UHGV virus genome: UHGV-1364082
Length of the DNA stretch: 55,911 nucleotides
Reading direction: 5' to 3' (one strand)
Source: a virus
This document shows, in pieces, positions 26,446 through 35,261 of this stretch. The position numbers and the translations under genes are program-made. The first letter of the stretch is position 1; every line of letters starts with the position of its first letter. The notes under the pieces were generated by a model. The model had not been told where the DNA came from and did no database searches. It saw nothing but the letters and a program-made list of their open reading frames with translations.

Positions 26446-27096
26446 ATGAAAAAACTTTTATTGACGCTGGTTGTGGCGGGGATGTGTTTAGGGATGGTCG
26501 GGTGTGCCTCTCAAAAGCCATTAACCCCAGAGGAAATAGCTGCCGAAAGAGAACGGCAAATCCAAATGACTACTCGTATATACGAGGGAAAGACGCCTGA
26601 AGAAGTACTACTTGCTGCGGATAGAGTTTTCCGACTTGCTGATGATGACTACAATGTTTCTCATCAAGGAACGTCTCTACAGGCTCAAAGAGATTGGCTA
26701 GTTTATATAGTTATCGCGGCTGCTAGGGGGACGGATACTTGGGTTGTTCAAACATTCCCTGTGGAAAATGGGACTAAAATTGTTGCTATGCATAGCGGAC
26801 AAGGGCAATCCATTAATGCAGTCCCGACAGCTAACTTTAATGGGGGGATGGGGGTTACCGCTACAACAGGCCCCATCATGGCAAACATGACCACTTCTCC
26901 TGCCATTTATCAACTTTTCTTCGCTCGTTTAGACAATCTATTGGGTAAAAGTCCTAACTGGATTACTTGCAAAGAAGCCAACAAGCTATTTACAGATGGT
27001 AATTTAGAACCTTTATGCCTTGTTGCTAATGATAGAACTCCTGATGGCAAATCTGCTGTACAGAGGAATAGAGAACTCGAACAGGCTAATCAGTAG
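26446..27096 (+). CDS. Lipoprotein (candidate superinfection-exclusion or lysogenic-conversion factor).
   Basis: Signal peptide MKKLLLTLVVAGMCLGMVGC with a lipobox. Divergent from neighbours. Confidence 0.6.
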   Translation: MKKLLLTLVVAGMCLGMVGCASQKPLTPEEIAAERERQIQMTTRIYEGKTPEEVLLAADRVFRLADDDYNVSHQGTSLQAQRDWLVYIVIAAARGTDTWVVQTFPVENGTKIVAMHSGQGQSINAVPTANFNGGMGVTATTGPIMANMTTSPAIYQLFFARLDNLLGKSPNWITCKEANKLFTDGNLEPLCLVANDRTPDGKSAVQRNRELEQANQ

Positions 27097-27103
27097 GTAC
27101 GAA

Positions 27104-27130
27104 TAAAGGCGGTCGTAATGACCGCCTTTT
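27104..27130 (+). terminator. Rho-independent terminator.
   Basis: AAGGCGGTCGTAATGACCGCCTT followed by TTTTT. Confidence 0.65.
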
Positions 27131-27324
27131 TTTACATTTCATTTGTTAATGCAAGCATAACACACTTAAATATAACGAAATACTCTGTTTTTATTGAAAC
27201 TTCGCGGCCGATACGGATTGAACGCCGCTGGCCCGGTTTCACGCCTTGAAATATAAGGATATTTTCCGTTTTTTCTATGATCGCTCGCCCACGGTGAAGG
27301 CGGTTCTTGGAGCCGCCTTTTCGT

Positions 27325-27852
27325 CTATTCAGATTCATCTGTTGGTGCCAGAATCAGCCCACACTTTGCTGCCATTTCCTCATTCAGTACTAGAACCGGG
27401 CGGCTTCCCCAATTCCATGCCGTACAGAAGTGGCGAAGATACTCCTTCAATGCGTCATGAACGCCGGGGAGCCAGTCTTTTTCATGATTCTTGATAACAA
27501 GTACAAAGCAAAAATCAGTTTTGGCATAATCGACTGATGCCAACAATTCTCCTAGATCTGCATTCCTTCTTGAAATGATGACACTGAGCAGCAAAGAAAA
27601 TCCGTCAATAGCCTTCTGTGCGATTTCGCCTATGAATTGTTTAAAGTTATCTGGTGATGGTTCCTTGGGGTGTGGCGCAGATGTCTTTGCCTCCACCAAG
27701 CAAATCAGCCCGGGACTTTTCTTCCTGATGAACTCAACGGACTTGACACCTTGCAACCCGGTATCATGAACGTATTTTTCGACAAAAAATGTGTGGCGGG
27801 GATCACAAAGAAAATGCATCCCTGACTCACAAATCGTCTGAACAGTGCTCAT
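27325..27852 (-). CDS. Small partner protein, possibly a PD-(D/E)xK nuclease.
   Basis: ...FLCDPRH...GLICLVEAKTS... resembles D...ExK. ATGA overlap with the upstream ATPase. Confidence 0.35.
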   Translation of the reverse strand: MSTVQTICESGMHFLCDPRHTFFVEKYVHDTGLQGVKSVEFIRKKSPGLICLVEAKTSAPHPKEPSPDNFKQFIGEIAQKAIDGFSLLLSVIISRRNADLGELLASVDYAKTDFCFVLVIKNHEKDWLPGVHDALKEYLRHFCTAWNWGSRPVLVLNEEMAAKCGLILAPTDESE

Positions 27853-28859
27853 GCCAGTGATACCCTAACTTCTTCTTCGTAAAGCCTCACAGACTCGTCA
27901 ATGATGCTGTTCTTAGGCATTCCATCAAGCATGTCATTGTAGACTGCCTTACCATCCCCAAGCGAAAGGACAGGGATGGACATGTCCCTTTCGAGCGCAA
28001 TAATAAAGAGCTTTTTGATAACGAAGTAAGAATGCGTTGCGATAAAAAATTGTATACCGCATTCAGCAAGCAACGTGATAATTTCCATGAGTTCGCTGAT
28101 TGCCTGTGGATGGAGGGCGGCTTCCGGTTCATCTATGAAAATCCGTGAATCAGGCGTGAGGTAACGGTTTCCAAGAAGTGTATCTAGGATAGCCGTCTTT
28201 TTCGTGCCTTCCGAAGTCGTACCAATCGGAAAACGGAAACTTCCCTTCTTGAACGTCCAGCGATCCTTTTGCGGGTCGAACTCAATCTTACCGCCGAGGA
28301 AATCGCGCAGCTTTTCCCGTGAAGAGGCAAAGGCCGTGAGGTTTCTACCTTTGGTGGTAGAAATGCGTAACGCTTTTGCGAGATCAAAATAGGTGTCGTC
28401 AAACCCGAACATTGCATCCTGTTCCCGCGACTTCAAAATGATCTTTTGTAAGGAAAGCACTTCCTTTGCGGGAAGAAAGATGGAGCTTGTTTCCGTTGGT
28501 AGCGTGTTGCTTGTGACCGAAACTTTTCTTGTCGTATCCTGACCAAACGAGAAAGAAATACCACCCTGTTCCGTCATCATGGAAAAACTAAGGGGTGATT
28601 CAATAGGTTTTCGTACCAGATCGCCAAGCCTTTCAGCCTGAAAAGTCCAGTAAAGTTTGTCGGATACGATCTCGGAAATGGTTCGGTTATCATTTCCACG
28701 CCCGTTCTGCTCAATACCCTTTATCGCCACATACATAGCCTTGAGCAAGAAAGTCTTGCCTTGACCATTCCCGCCAAGTATAAGGTTGATATTGGTGAGA
28801 TTGTCCCATTCGATACTCTCTAATGGGCCGAAATTCTTGAGTGCAACTGACGTGATCAT
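27849..28859 (-). CDS. ABC-type AAA ATPase (AAA_15/AAA_21-like), defence-associated type.
   Basis: Walker A ILGGNGQGKTFL, Walker B RIFIDEPEAALHP, H-loop IATHS. Confidence 0.65.
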   Translation of the reverse strand: MITSVALKNFGPLESIEWDNLTNINLILGGNGQGKTFLLKAMYVAIKGIEQNGRGNDNRTISEIVSDKLYWTFQAERLGDLVRKPIESPLSFSMMTEQGGISFSFGQDTTRKVSVTSNTLPTETSSIFLPAKEVLSLQKIILKSREQDAMFGFDDTYFDLAKALRISTTKGRNLTAFASSREKLRDFLGGKIEFDPQKDRWTFKKGSFRFPIGTTSEGTKKTAILDTLLGNRYLTPDSRIFIDEPEAALHPQAISELMEIITLLAECGIQFFIATHSYFVIKKLFIIALERDMSIPVLSLGDGKAVYNDMLDGMPKNSIIDESVRLYEEEVRVSLA

Positions 28860-29029
28860 GTTTTTTCCTATGGAATATATAACGTTTTGTAAACAATACA
28901 GAAAAAAGAATTAGAGAACAAGAGGGCATCCCCCATAGAAATGAAAGATGATGCGGAATAACACAAGGAAGCCCCAACCGTGGGAGGACAAGACGGTTGG
29001 GGCTTCGCGTGGGGAGGGGAAGGGAATTT

Positions 29030-29806
29030 TTAGGCGGCTGCGGGCGTGGTGGCAGAAAGAAATTTTTTGACGAAGTAGAGTTGCCCCTTGCCTGTGACCT
29101 TGGTTGTAAATCTGGTTCTGGTTGAACCATCAGGGTTATGAACGAGGTATTCTTTGACCTCAAACAAACCCATTTCCATGCTTTTCTGCGTGGGCGTATT
29201 CTTACGGCTGCCCGACTGAATGAGAAAGCCCTTTTCGCGGAGATAGACAAAAAGACGGTTCTGTCCAATCTTCACGCCATTTTGCACCAGAAGCTTCGCC
29301 AAGTGCCCAATCAAGATAGACGAACGGGAAGCCGCTACGGAATCAGCAAAAAGGACTTTCGGCGCGTCCTGTTCGACCTTGGCGGCAAGGGCGGCGCTTT
29401 TGGCACGCTCCTCTTTCAGTGAGGTAAGCAACTTGATAGCCGTATCGGGGTCAGCAAGCATAGCTTCAACGGTATGGGGAGTAGCGTATAGGCCGCGCTT
29501 GCGGATGGAGGGGATGACATCATGAGTCACCCACCGTTTGAACGCCTTGGCTTCCGGCTTGCGGGAACGGAGAATGAGGGAATACAGGCCGGGTTCGGAT
29601 ACGACGAGCATTTGCTGTTCTCCGCCGGGGGTACGAATACTGTTCGTACCCTTTTCGTCGTCATCCAAAAGGGAAATTGTTTTGCTCACATCAGTAAGTT
29701 CCAGACACTCGCACACGTCCTTAGCTACAAACCACGGATCACCCTCGCGCTCGACAACCCGAACCTTCCCAAACTCAGCCTTCTCGAAAATCTGCATTTC
29801 GGACAT
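29030..29806 (-). CDS. BRO-N / KilAC antirepressor.
   Basis: N-terminus MSEMQIFEKAEFGKVRVVEREGDPWFVAKDVC...SEPGLYSLILRSRKPEAKAFKRWVTHDVIPSIRK. C-terminus FADSVAASRSSILIGHLAKLL (KilAC). Confidence 0.75.
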   Translation of the reverse strand: MSEMQIFEKAEFGKVRVVEREGDPWFVAKDVCECLELTDVSKTISLLDDDEKGTNSIRTPGGEQQMLVVSEPGLYSLILRSRKPEAKAFKRWVTHDVIPSIRKRGLYATPHTVEAMLADPDTAIKLLTSLKEERAKSAALAAKVEQDAPKVLFADSVAASRSSILIGHLAKLLVQNGVKIGQNRLFVYLREKGFLIQSGSRKNTPTQKSMEMGLFEVKEYLVHNPDGSTRTRFTTKVTGKGQLYFVKKFLSATTPAAA

Positions 29807-29910
29807 ACACAATCTCACTGCTAAATGTGGATGTGCCCGCGTCGCTAATGTGTAGCAGAGAAGAACCACATCAGCGACCGGACACCGGATATCGAGAGAG
29901 AATCAACACG

Positions 29911-29952
29911 GCTGGAGAGGGAAAATCCAGATGATGTTGGTACGAAAGTTTG
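29911..29952 (-). promoter_or_regulatory. Conserved 41-bp late element, copy A.
   Basis: GCTGGAGAGGGAAAATCCAGATGATGTTGGTACGAAAGTTTG, shared with copies at 40999 and 48496. Confidence 0.5.
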
Positions 29953-29988
29953 TGTCTTCCGAAAAAAGAAAGGCTCCTGAATGGAGCC

Positions 29989-30234
29989 TCATTTCTCATA
30001 CGCCCTATCAAGGGCTTGTACTGTTACCTCGCTTAATTCCGGGCATATCCCACAGCATTCTCCTTTTCCTGTTCCAAAATGCCGCATAAAAAGATGACAC
30101 CATGCTGGTCGGGGTGCGTCTTCAGGTAAGGGGAAATCGTGAGATAGTGCGGCGTCGATGGAAAGAAGCACCTCAACAAGTTTTCTCTCATCTTGCGTCA
30201 TGCCGCCCCCATTGGCCTGATACCTCCCCTGCAT
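29989..30234 (-). CDS. Hypothetical protein.
   Basis: 81-aa ORF. Confidence 0.35.
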   Translation of the reverse strand: MQGRYQANGGGMTQDERKLVEVLLSIDAALSHDFPLPEDAPRPAWCHLFMRHFGTGKGECCGICPELSEVTVQALDRAYEK

Positions 30235-30624
30235 CCGTCTGTCGGCCTTGTCTTCATCTCAGGCCATTTCTTTCTTGAACATATCCCATCGTCATTGTTC
30301 CTAGATTCCTGATTCTTTCCCGGAATCCACAGGGCGCAAAGAGCACATAACAGATACGGACGGCTCAAGCATTTTGGGGATACAGAATCATCCGGCGTCG
30401 GCATTGGTTTTGACCTTTTTCTTTGCAGAAAGCCGTATTGCCTTTTTGGAAGAAGGGGATTGTACCGATGCCTTCTTTGCTTTTTCATCGCCCAACACGG
30501 TTTGCGGTGCGGTCTTTATAAAAGGAGGAACCAGTATAGGAACTCTACGCATCAAAAAAAATGATTGTAGCATATCGAATATCCTTGAGAGCCCCGGAGA
30601 GTGCGAACCCTCCGGGGTATTGGT

Positions 30625-30858
30625 TCATCGTCTCGCTTCTTCCGTTGCTACGACGATGGCAAGCAACTTGGTAGCTACCCTTTCCAGCGCGTCAACCGAA
30701 GGGACACGACCACGCATCTTGTAGGCCATGAACATAGGCGCACCTTCTTGAATGACCTGATTAAGGACACCCCGTGAACTCGGTTCACGGTCAAGAATAC
30801 GTTCTACATCCTGCTCTATGCGCCGAAAGACGCGGTCGACAGTGGTTTCTTCGCTCAT
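30625..30858 (-). CDS. Hypothetical protein.
   Basis: 77-aa ORF coupled to the upstream gene. Confidence 0.4.
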   Translation of the reverse strand: MSEETTVDRVFRRIEQDVERILDREPSSRGVLNQVIQEGAPMFMAYKMRGRVPSVDALERVATKLLAIVVATEEARR

Positions 30859-31397
30859 TCCCCTTCCTCCTGATGGTTTTCCTGTCCGTTGGGTTCAGAA
30901 ATCCGCATCTCAGATTGAGGGGCCGTTTCCGTTTCTTCCTGCTCCTGTGGGGGCTGGAACAGTTCGCTTGCCCACGTGTCACGGGGACGTTCCGCCTGTG
31001 CGTCTGCCGAAACCTGACCAAAGAGGGAATCGACAAAGCATTGAGCAGGATCTGTAGTGACATGTTTTGGCGTAGCAGCGTAGCAAATCATGTCTCCCGG
31101 CTTGAGCAAATCCAAGGGGATAGGCTTATCCGAGAGCCGGAAGAAGAGATACTGCCGGGCCGGGGTTGTCGTCCCGGGTTTGGCTGGCTGTTCCATCAAG
31201 ACCCATGTGAAGATCATCTTTCCTTTTCCCGTGATATTCACGGATTGGACGTTCCGACCTATGGGCCTCATGCTGGTCACATTGGGTTCAACGGAATACC
31301 GGGGATCTGTATCCGCAGGGAGTCCGGGGATGTACACGAGCGAATACGACATTGCATCGTCAGAGAAACGCGCTGGAAGGGGTAACTTATTGCTCAT
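30855..31397 (-). CDS. Hypothetical protein with an acidic C-terminal tail.
   Basis: 180-aa ORF. Confidence 0.45.
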   Translation of the reverse strand: MSNKLPLPARFSDDAMSYSLVYIPGLPADTDPRYSVEPNVTSMRPIGRNVQSVNITGKGKMIFTWVLMEQPAKPGTTTPARQYLFFRLSDKPIPLDLLKPGDMICYAATPKHVTTDPAQCFVDSLFGQVSADAQAERPRDTWASELFQPPQEQEETETAPQSEMRISEPNGQENHQEEGE

Positions 31398-31399
31398 AT

Positions 31400-31636
31400 T
31401 TACACCTTTACCTTTTCAGGAAGGTCTTGCATTTCAGAGAGTTTCATCAGATGGGCGCGGGCCTGAGCCGCCGCAGAAGCGACGTGCCCAAGTTCTTTGA
31501 TGGCATCGCAGATGGACATGGAGCCGTTTTTGAAGCCCTCTACGGCCTTCTTCGCTTCCCCGTATTCCATTTCAACGATGCCCCAATATTCGCCCTTCGC
31601 TAGATAAGGCGGCCATGTCGGGGGCGGGTTATCCAC
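31400..31636 (-). CDS. Hypothetical protein.
   Basis: 78-aa ORF. Confidence 0.4.
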   Translation of the reverse strand: MDNPPPTWPPYLAKGEYWGIVEMEYGEAKKAVEGFKNGSMSICDAIKELGHVASAAAQARAHLMKLSEMQDLPEKVKV

Positions 31637-31737
31637 GGTATGCTGTTCAAAAATCAGCGTTTCCCGTAGATAATCACCGCCGCTCCGAGATCCTTGGTCA
31701 GGTTCTTCAAGGTCTTCTTGATGTCCTTGAGCCTCAT

Positions 31738-32097
31738 CTAGTCATAGCCGTCGCCGTCATCCCCGTATTCATCCATCATACGGCGGTGACGTTCGCGACG
31801 GCGTTCGCGTTCTTCATCTTCAAAGTACGGCTCCCGGCGTTCGTCATAACCGTAGCGATCCCAGTCGTCTTCGCGGTAATGGCGATTTTCGTAGTCGTCA
31901 CCGAACTCATAACGGCCCATGCCGTCATTGTATTCCCGACGGCTGCGACGGCGGCGGAACTCCCCATAACGGTTGCGCGGGGGAAGGCGGCGCGCTTCAT
32001 AGCGGCCCCCACCATACTCGCCACCGTGGGAAGAACGGCTTCCGCTACGGCTGTAGCCGTCACCACGTTCCGAACCCATCATATAGCGCATAGCCAT
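31738..32097 (-). CDS. Hyper-charged low-complexity protein (R/E/D/Y/G-rich).
   Basis: Strong RBS AAAGGGGGGTGA. RYG/RRE/YEDD repeats. Confidence 0.45.
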   Translation of the reverse strand: MAMRYMMGSERGDGYSRSGSRSSHGGEYGGGRYEARRLPPRNRYGEFRRRRSRREYNDGMGRYEFGDDYENRHYREDDWDRYGYDERREPYFEDEERERRRERHRRMMDEYGDDGDGYD

Positions 32098-32110
32098 AGG
32101 TCACCCCCCT

Positions 32111-32947
32111 TTAGGCCGCAGCCGTAGCAGTGCCAGAAGTGGGACGCGGAATAACCGCCATATGCCCGATGATGTTCAGGGTGTTCTGCTGCATTTCGGT
32201 ACGAAGCTGAGAACCCAGCGCGGAAATGGCAGCGGTGGTGAAGTTCTGGCTCTTCAGGCTGGAATTTTCGCTCTTGAGATCGCAAATCTGCGTCAGGAGG
32301 CGTTCGCGGTCGAGTTGAGACACGAGAGCACGGGTAGCCGAGCCTTCCGCAGCGATAGTGCGCTGAGTAGTGCAGCAACAAGAGTCGATGGCATTGGTCA
32401 ACTGATTGGTTGACTGACAATTCTGAAGAGCGGCGTCTTTGGAGCTCACCAGAACGGCGGTGTTCAAGCCGTTGAAGCCCTGACAAAGGCTGTTCTGGAT
32501 GGCCTGATCACCGGAAACGATGGTGGTGTTCAGTCCCGCGAAGCCCTGCGTGAGGGAATTGTTCACGCTGGCGGTGTTGGCATTGTCAGCCGCAACCACG
32601 CCAGAGAATCCCTGACACATCGCCATATTGGTCGTATTCTGGCCTTGAAGTGACTGGAGGCCAAGGCTGTTGACGCTGGCCTGAAGGCCCGTCAAAGCGT
32701 CAAGTTCCGCAGTAGAACCACACCCACCAGCACCGCCAGCAATGACCACCGAGGGGGCGGAGGGGGCGGAACCACAGCAACCGCCGTTACCACCATTGTT
32801 GCCGAAGCCACCGCCCCAGCCGTTGCCCCACCAAGAGCCAATCAGAGCGCCAGCAAACGCACCAACCGCATCACCCCAACCGCCGCCATTGTAGCCGTTC
32901 CCGTCGCCATTGACGGAAAAAGTAGGAACGAGACCGTCCATACCCAT
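32111..32947 (-). CDS. Gly-rich / Cys-containing repeat protein (three QGF-GLNT repeats plus a coiled coil).
   Basis: RBS TGGAGGT before M22. GGGWGDAVGAFAGALIGSWWGNGWGGGFG... and repeated (C/T)QGF(S/A/N)GLNT units. Confidence 0.5.
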   Translation of the reverse strand: MGMDGLVPTFSVNGDGNGYNGGGWGDAVGAFAGALIGSWWGNGWGGGFGNNGGNGGCCGSAPSAPSVVIAGGAGGCGSTAELDALTGLQASVNSLGLQSLQGQNTTNMAMCQGFSGVVAADNANTASVNNSLTQGFAGLNTTIVSGDQAIQNSLCQGFNGLNTAVLVSSKDAALQNCQSTNQLTNAIDSCCCTTQRTIAAEGSATRALVSQLDRERLLTQICDLKSENSSLKSQNFTTAAISALGSQLRTEMQQNTLNIIGHMAVIPRPTSGTATAAA

Positions 32948-33028
32948 AAGAAACCTCCAAAAGTTTTTGCCCGGCGGGATGCCGGAACTTCTAGAGGTAT
33001 GATGATTCAACTATGGATAATTACTTAC

Positions 33029-33265
33029 CTATCCATAGGACATGGATAGGTGTTTCTGGTAAGAATAGGACGGGCTGTCCTGAACTCTGGTCAATTTTCC
33101 TTCTGGGGTATCAAGCACAAAACGAGCCCCGCAGGTTCGACATATCCATATCGAACGCCGTGAGGCTTCAAGATAATGCCCTAAGTATGTCTCATCAGGG
33201 CGAGTTTCGGAACAACGGAGAGAATAGGTATCGCAAACAGGACAAATTTGAAGGGGACGCGGCAT
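33029..33265 (-). CDS. Small zinc-ribbon protein.
   Basis: CPVC...CRTC. Confidence 0.3.
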   Translation of the reverse strand: MPRPLQICPVCDTYSLRCSETRPDETYLGHYLEASRRSIWICRTCGARFVLDTPEGKLTRVQDSPSYSYQKHLSMSYG

Positions 33266-33400
33266 ATGATAATCATACCCCTAACCGCACTCCCAAGTTA
33301 GACAGGGATCGCGGATACCCTGTACGGGGGCCGCGATTCCCGTACAGGGCCGTGATCCGGCGCTGCTACGCCGGGTCGAGGGGGAGTTGGTAGCTCCCCC

Positions 33401-34110
33401 TTATTTTTTGGACTTCTTTTTCTCTTCTTTCTCGCGTTTTTTCGCCTGTTCTTCCAAAAATAGCCTGTCCAACAGGGAAATGCGCCAAAAAAGTTCTTCT
33501 GAATCAGTGAAACGGTCACACTCGACGCGGAGAGCTTCATATCTGATAGGAAGCGGGATTCCCGCCCATGTATCTAGCCCCGCACCGTGCTGGCGAAGGA
33601 ACGCCCACCGTTCCACGGCGATTTCAGAACGTGGGGAAAGCGGTTGAAAGCGTGTACAGGATGAACAATCCTGTTTTTCCTTATAAATCCATCGGCATTC
33701 GTCACACGTGGGCCGTTCGGCAAATTGCCACGCGGCCCACTCCGTCAGTTTTTTTCTTCTTCCAACCGCCCTTCTCGGGCAATGCGGCGAATGCGGTTCA
33801 ACTGTGCTTCCATAAATTCATAATCATATTCGCACAGTTCCAAAAGCATTTCCTTGGAATACGGGATTGGAGCCCCTGAAACATCTTGCAGTCCTTCCCA
33901 TCCGACAATATGGGCCTCAAGCAGTGCAGGAAGTATCTTGAATGCTGCAATCTGTGCGTCAAAAGCGTATTCAGCCATGACCTTTTTAGCGATTTCGTTC
34001 TGTTTTGAGCCAACAATGGGCTTACAGACGAAATAAGCTGAACCGTCAGCGGTAAGATCGAGCCTGAAAGTACAGGAAGCAAACTTTTTCGTGAGCAGAG
34101 TAAGAGACAT
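33401..34110 (-). CDS. Tail assembly chaperone GT fusion made by a programmed -1 frameshift.
   Basis: The -1 frame stays open for about 113 codons from the GAAAAAAC heptamer (around 33748-33756) to the stop at 33401. Confidence 0.6.
33745..34110 (-). CDS. Tail assembly chaperone (gpG-like).
   Basis: Position after the major tail gene. Slippery G_AAA_AAC just before the stop. Confidence 0.7.
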   Translation of the reverse strand: MSLTLLTKKFASCTFRLDLTADGSAYFVCKPIVGSKQNEIAKKVMAEYAFDAQIAAFKILPALLEAHIVGWEGLQDVSGAPIPYSKEMLLELCEYDYEFMEAQLNRIRRIAREGRLEEEKN

Positions 34111-35258
34111 TAAACGCCCGCCTTGGTAATAGTGATGGTAAAAGAGTCTTCGCCCGTAAGCCCCAAAGCCGTACCCGAACTGTCGAGGGTCAAAACGGCG
34201 TCGTCTTCCCCAATGGTAGGCGAAGAGATGCGAACGCGGGGCATGGCGACTTCGATACTGCCATTCTCGTTTTTCGCCTTGAGCTTTACAGAGAGGGTCT
34301 TGCCCTCAAGAGCCTGCCCAAACCGTACAGCCTCGGCACGGCGGAAATAGACGCTCATGTCCATCGTGATGGAGCGTTTGTTGTCGGCGCTTTCCCCGGG
34401 ATATTGATCCCCGATTTCTTCAAGGAATTGTGTCGGTAGGGACGCGGTAAAGGTAGAAGGGCGCATTTTTCCTTCTACATCGTCGATAAGCAAAATGACG
34501 CTATTGTTTTCGACCTCTTTACCGATGGAGTCAGCCGCAGGAAGCCACGGACCAATCTCTTCACCAGCCACCCACTCGGCAGGGGCACTGTCGAGGACGA
34601 TAGTATCCGTAGCCGTATCAATGGCGGTGATTTGGTATTCTGTTCCGTCTTGTTTGGTTCTGTTGGTGATATAGCCCCCGATGGAAAAAGCCATCGATTG
34701 GCCTGTTTCAAGCTTGACGGTAGCGGAAGTAGGGGCTTCCGCCAGTTCCCCAACGCCAACAATCCCCGCCCTTCTTCCACGACCGGAGAAAGTAAAGATG
34801 GTCAATCCGTCACGGTCTACGGCCCATTCCAAGGACTCCACGGTACAACCGCTCATGAACTGTACGGTTTCATCATTCTGGAGCCACAAGGAAAGCGTGG
34901 GTCGGCAGGTATCCAATTTATAGGCGCGCTTGCCGGATACCGAAGTATCAAGCTTGCCAAGTGCCGCATGAAACATGGCGTCCCCCTGTGGTGCTCCGGC
35001 ATTGGCAGCAAGCCGCGCCACCATCGGCAAAGACCAATCGCCGGGCGGCATGGCGTCTCTGGATTGGCTCACTACGTCAAGCGTATTGGAGAGTTCGGGG
35101 GAATCCGTATATGTGGGTGCTTGAGAAATGGAACCACGGCCTGCCGGGGCCACAAAACCGGAAGCCGTCGGTTTTTCCAACTCTCCCGGAACCGTCTCAA
35201 TCATCGCAAACGCCCGTTGGACGTTCGATTTCTGCACAGTGGGGCAGTACTGCGACAT
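34110..35258 (-). CDS. Major tail protein.
   Basis: Position before G/GT. 382 aa. Confidence 0.55.
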   Translation of the reverse strand: MSQYCPTVQKSNVQRAFAMIETVPGELEKPTASGFVAPAGRGSISQAPTYTDSPELSNTLDVVSQSRDAMPPGDWSLPMVARLAANAGAPQGDAMFHAALGKLDTSVSGKRAYKLDTCRPTLSLWLQNDETVQFMSGCTVESLEWAVDRDGLTIFTFSGRGRRAGIVGVGELAEAPTSATVKLETGQSMAFSIGGYITNRTKQDGTEYQITAIDTATDTIVLDSAPAEWVAGEEIGPWLPAADSIGKEVENNSVILLIDDVEGKMRPSTFTASLPTQFLEEIGDQYPGESADNKRSITMDMSVYFRRAEAVRFGQALEGKTLSVKLKAKNENGSIEVAMPRVRISSPTIGEDDAVLTLDSSGTALGLTGEDSFTITITKAGV

Positions 35259-35261
35259 CGT

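Noticed and set aside
31615-32127. 170-aa hydrophobic plus-strand ORF opposite the hyper-charged gene.
   Set aside because: The minus-strand ORF has a strong GGGGGG RBS and is coupled to its upstream gene. The plus-strand ORF has no RBS. It is kept only as a remote alternative.
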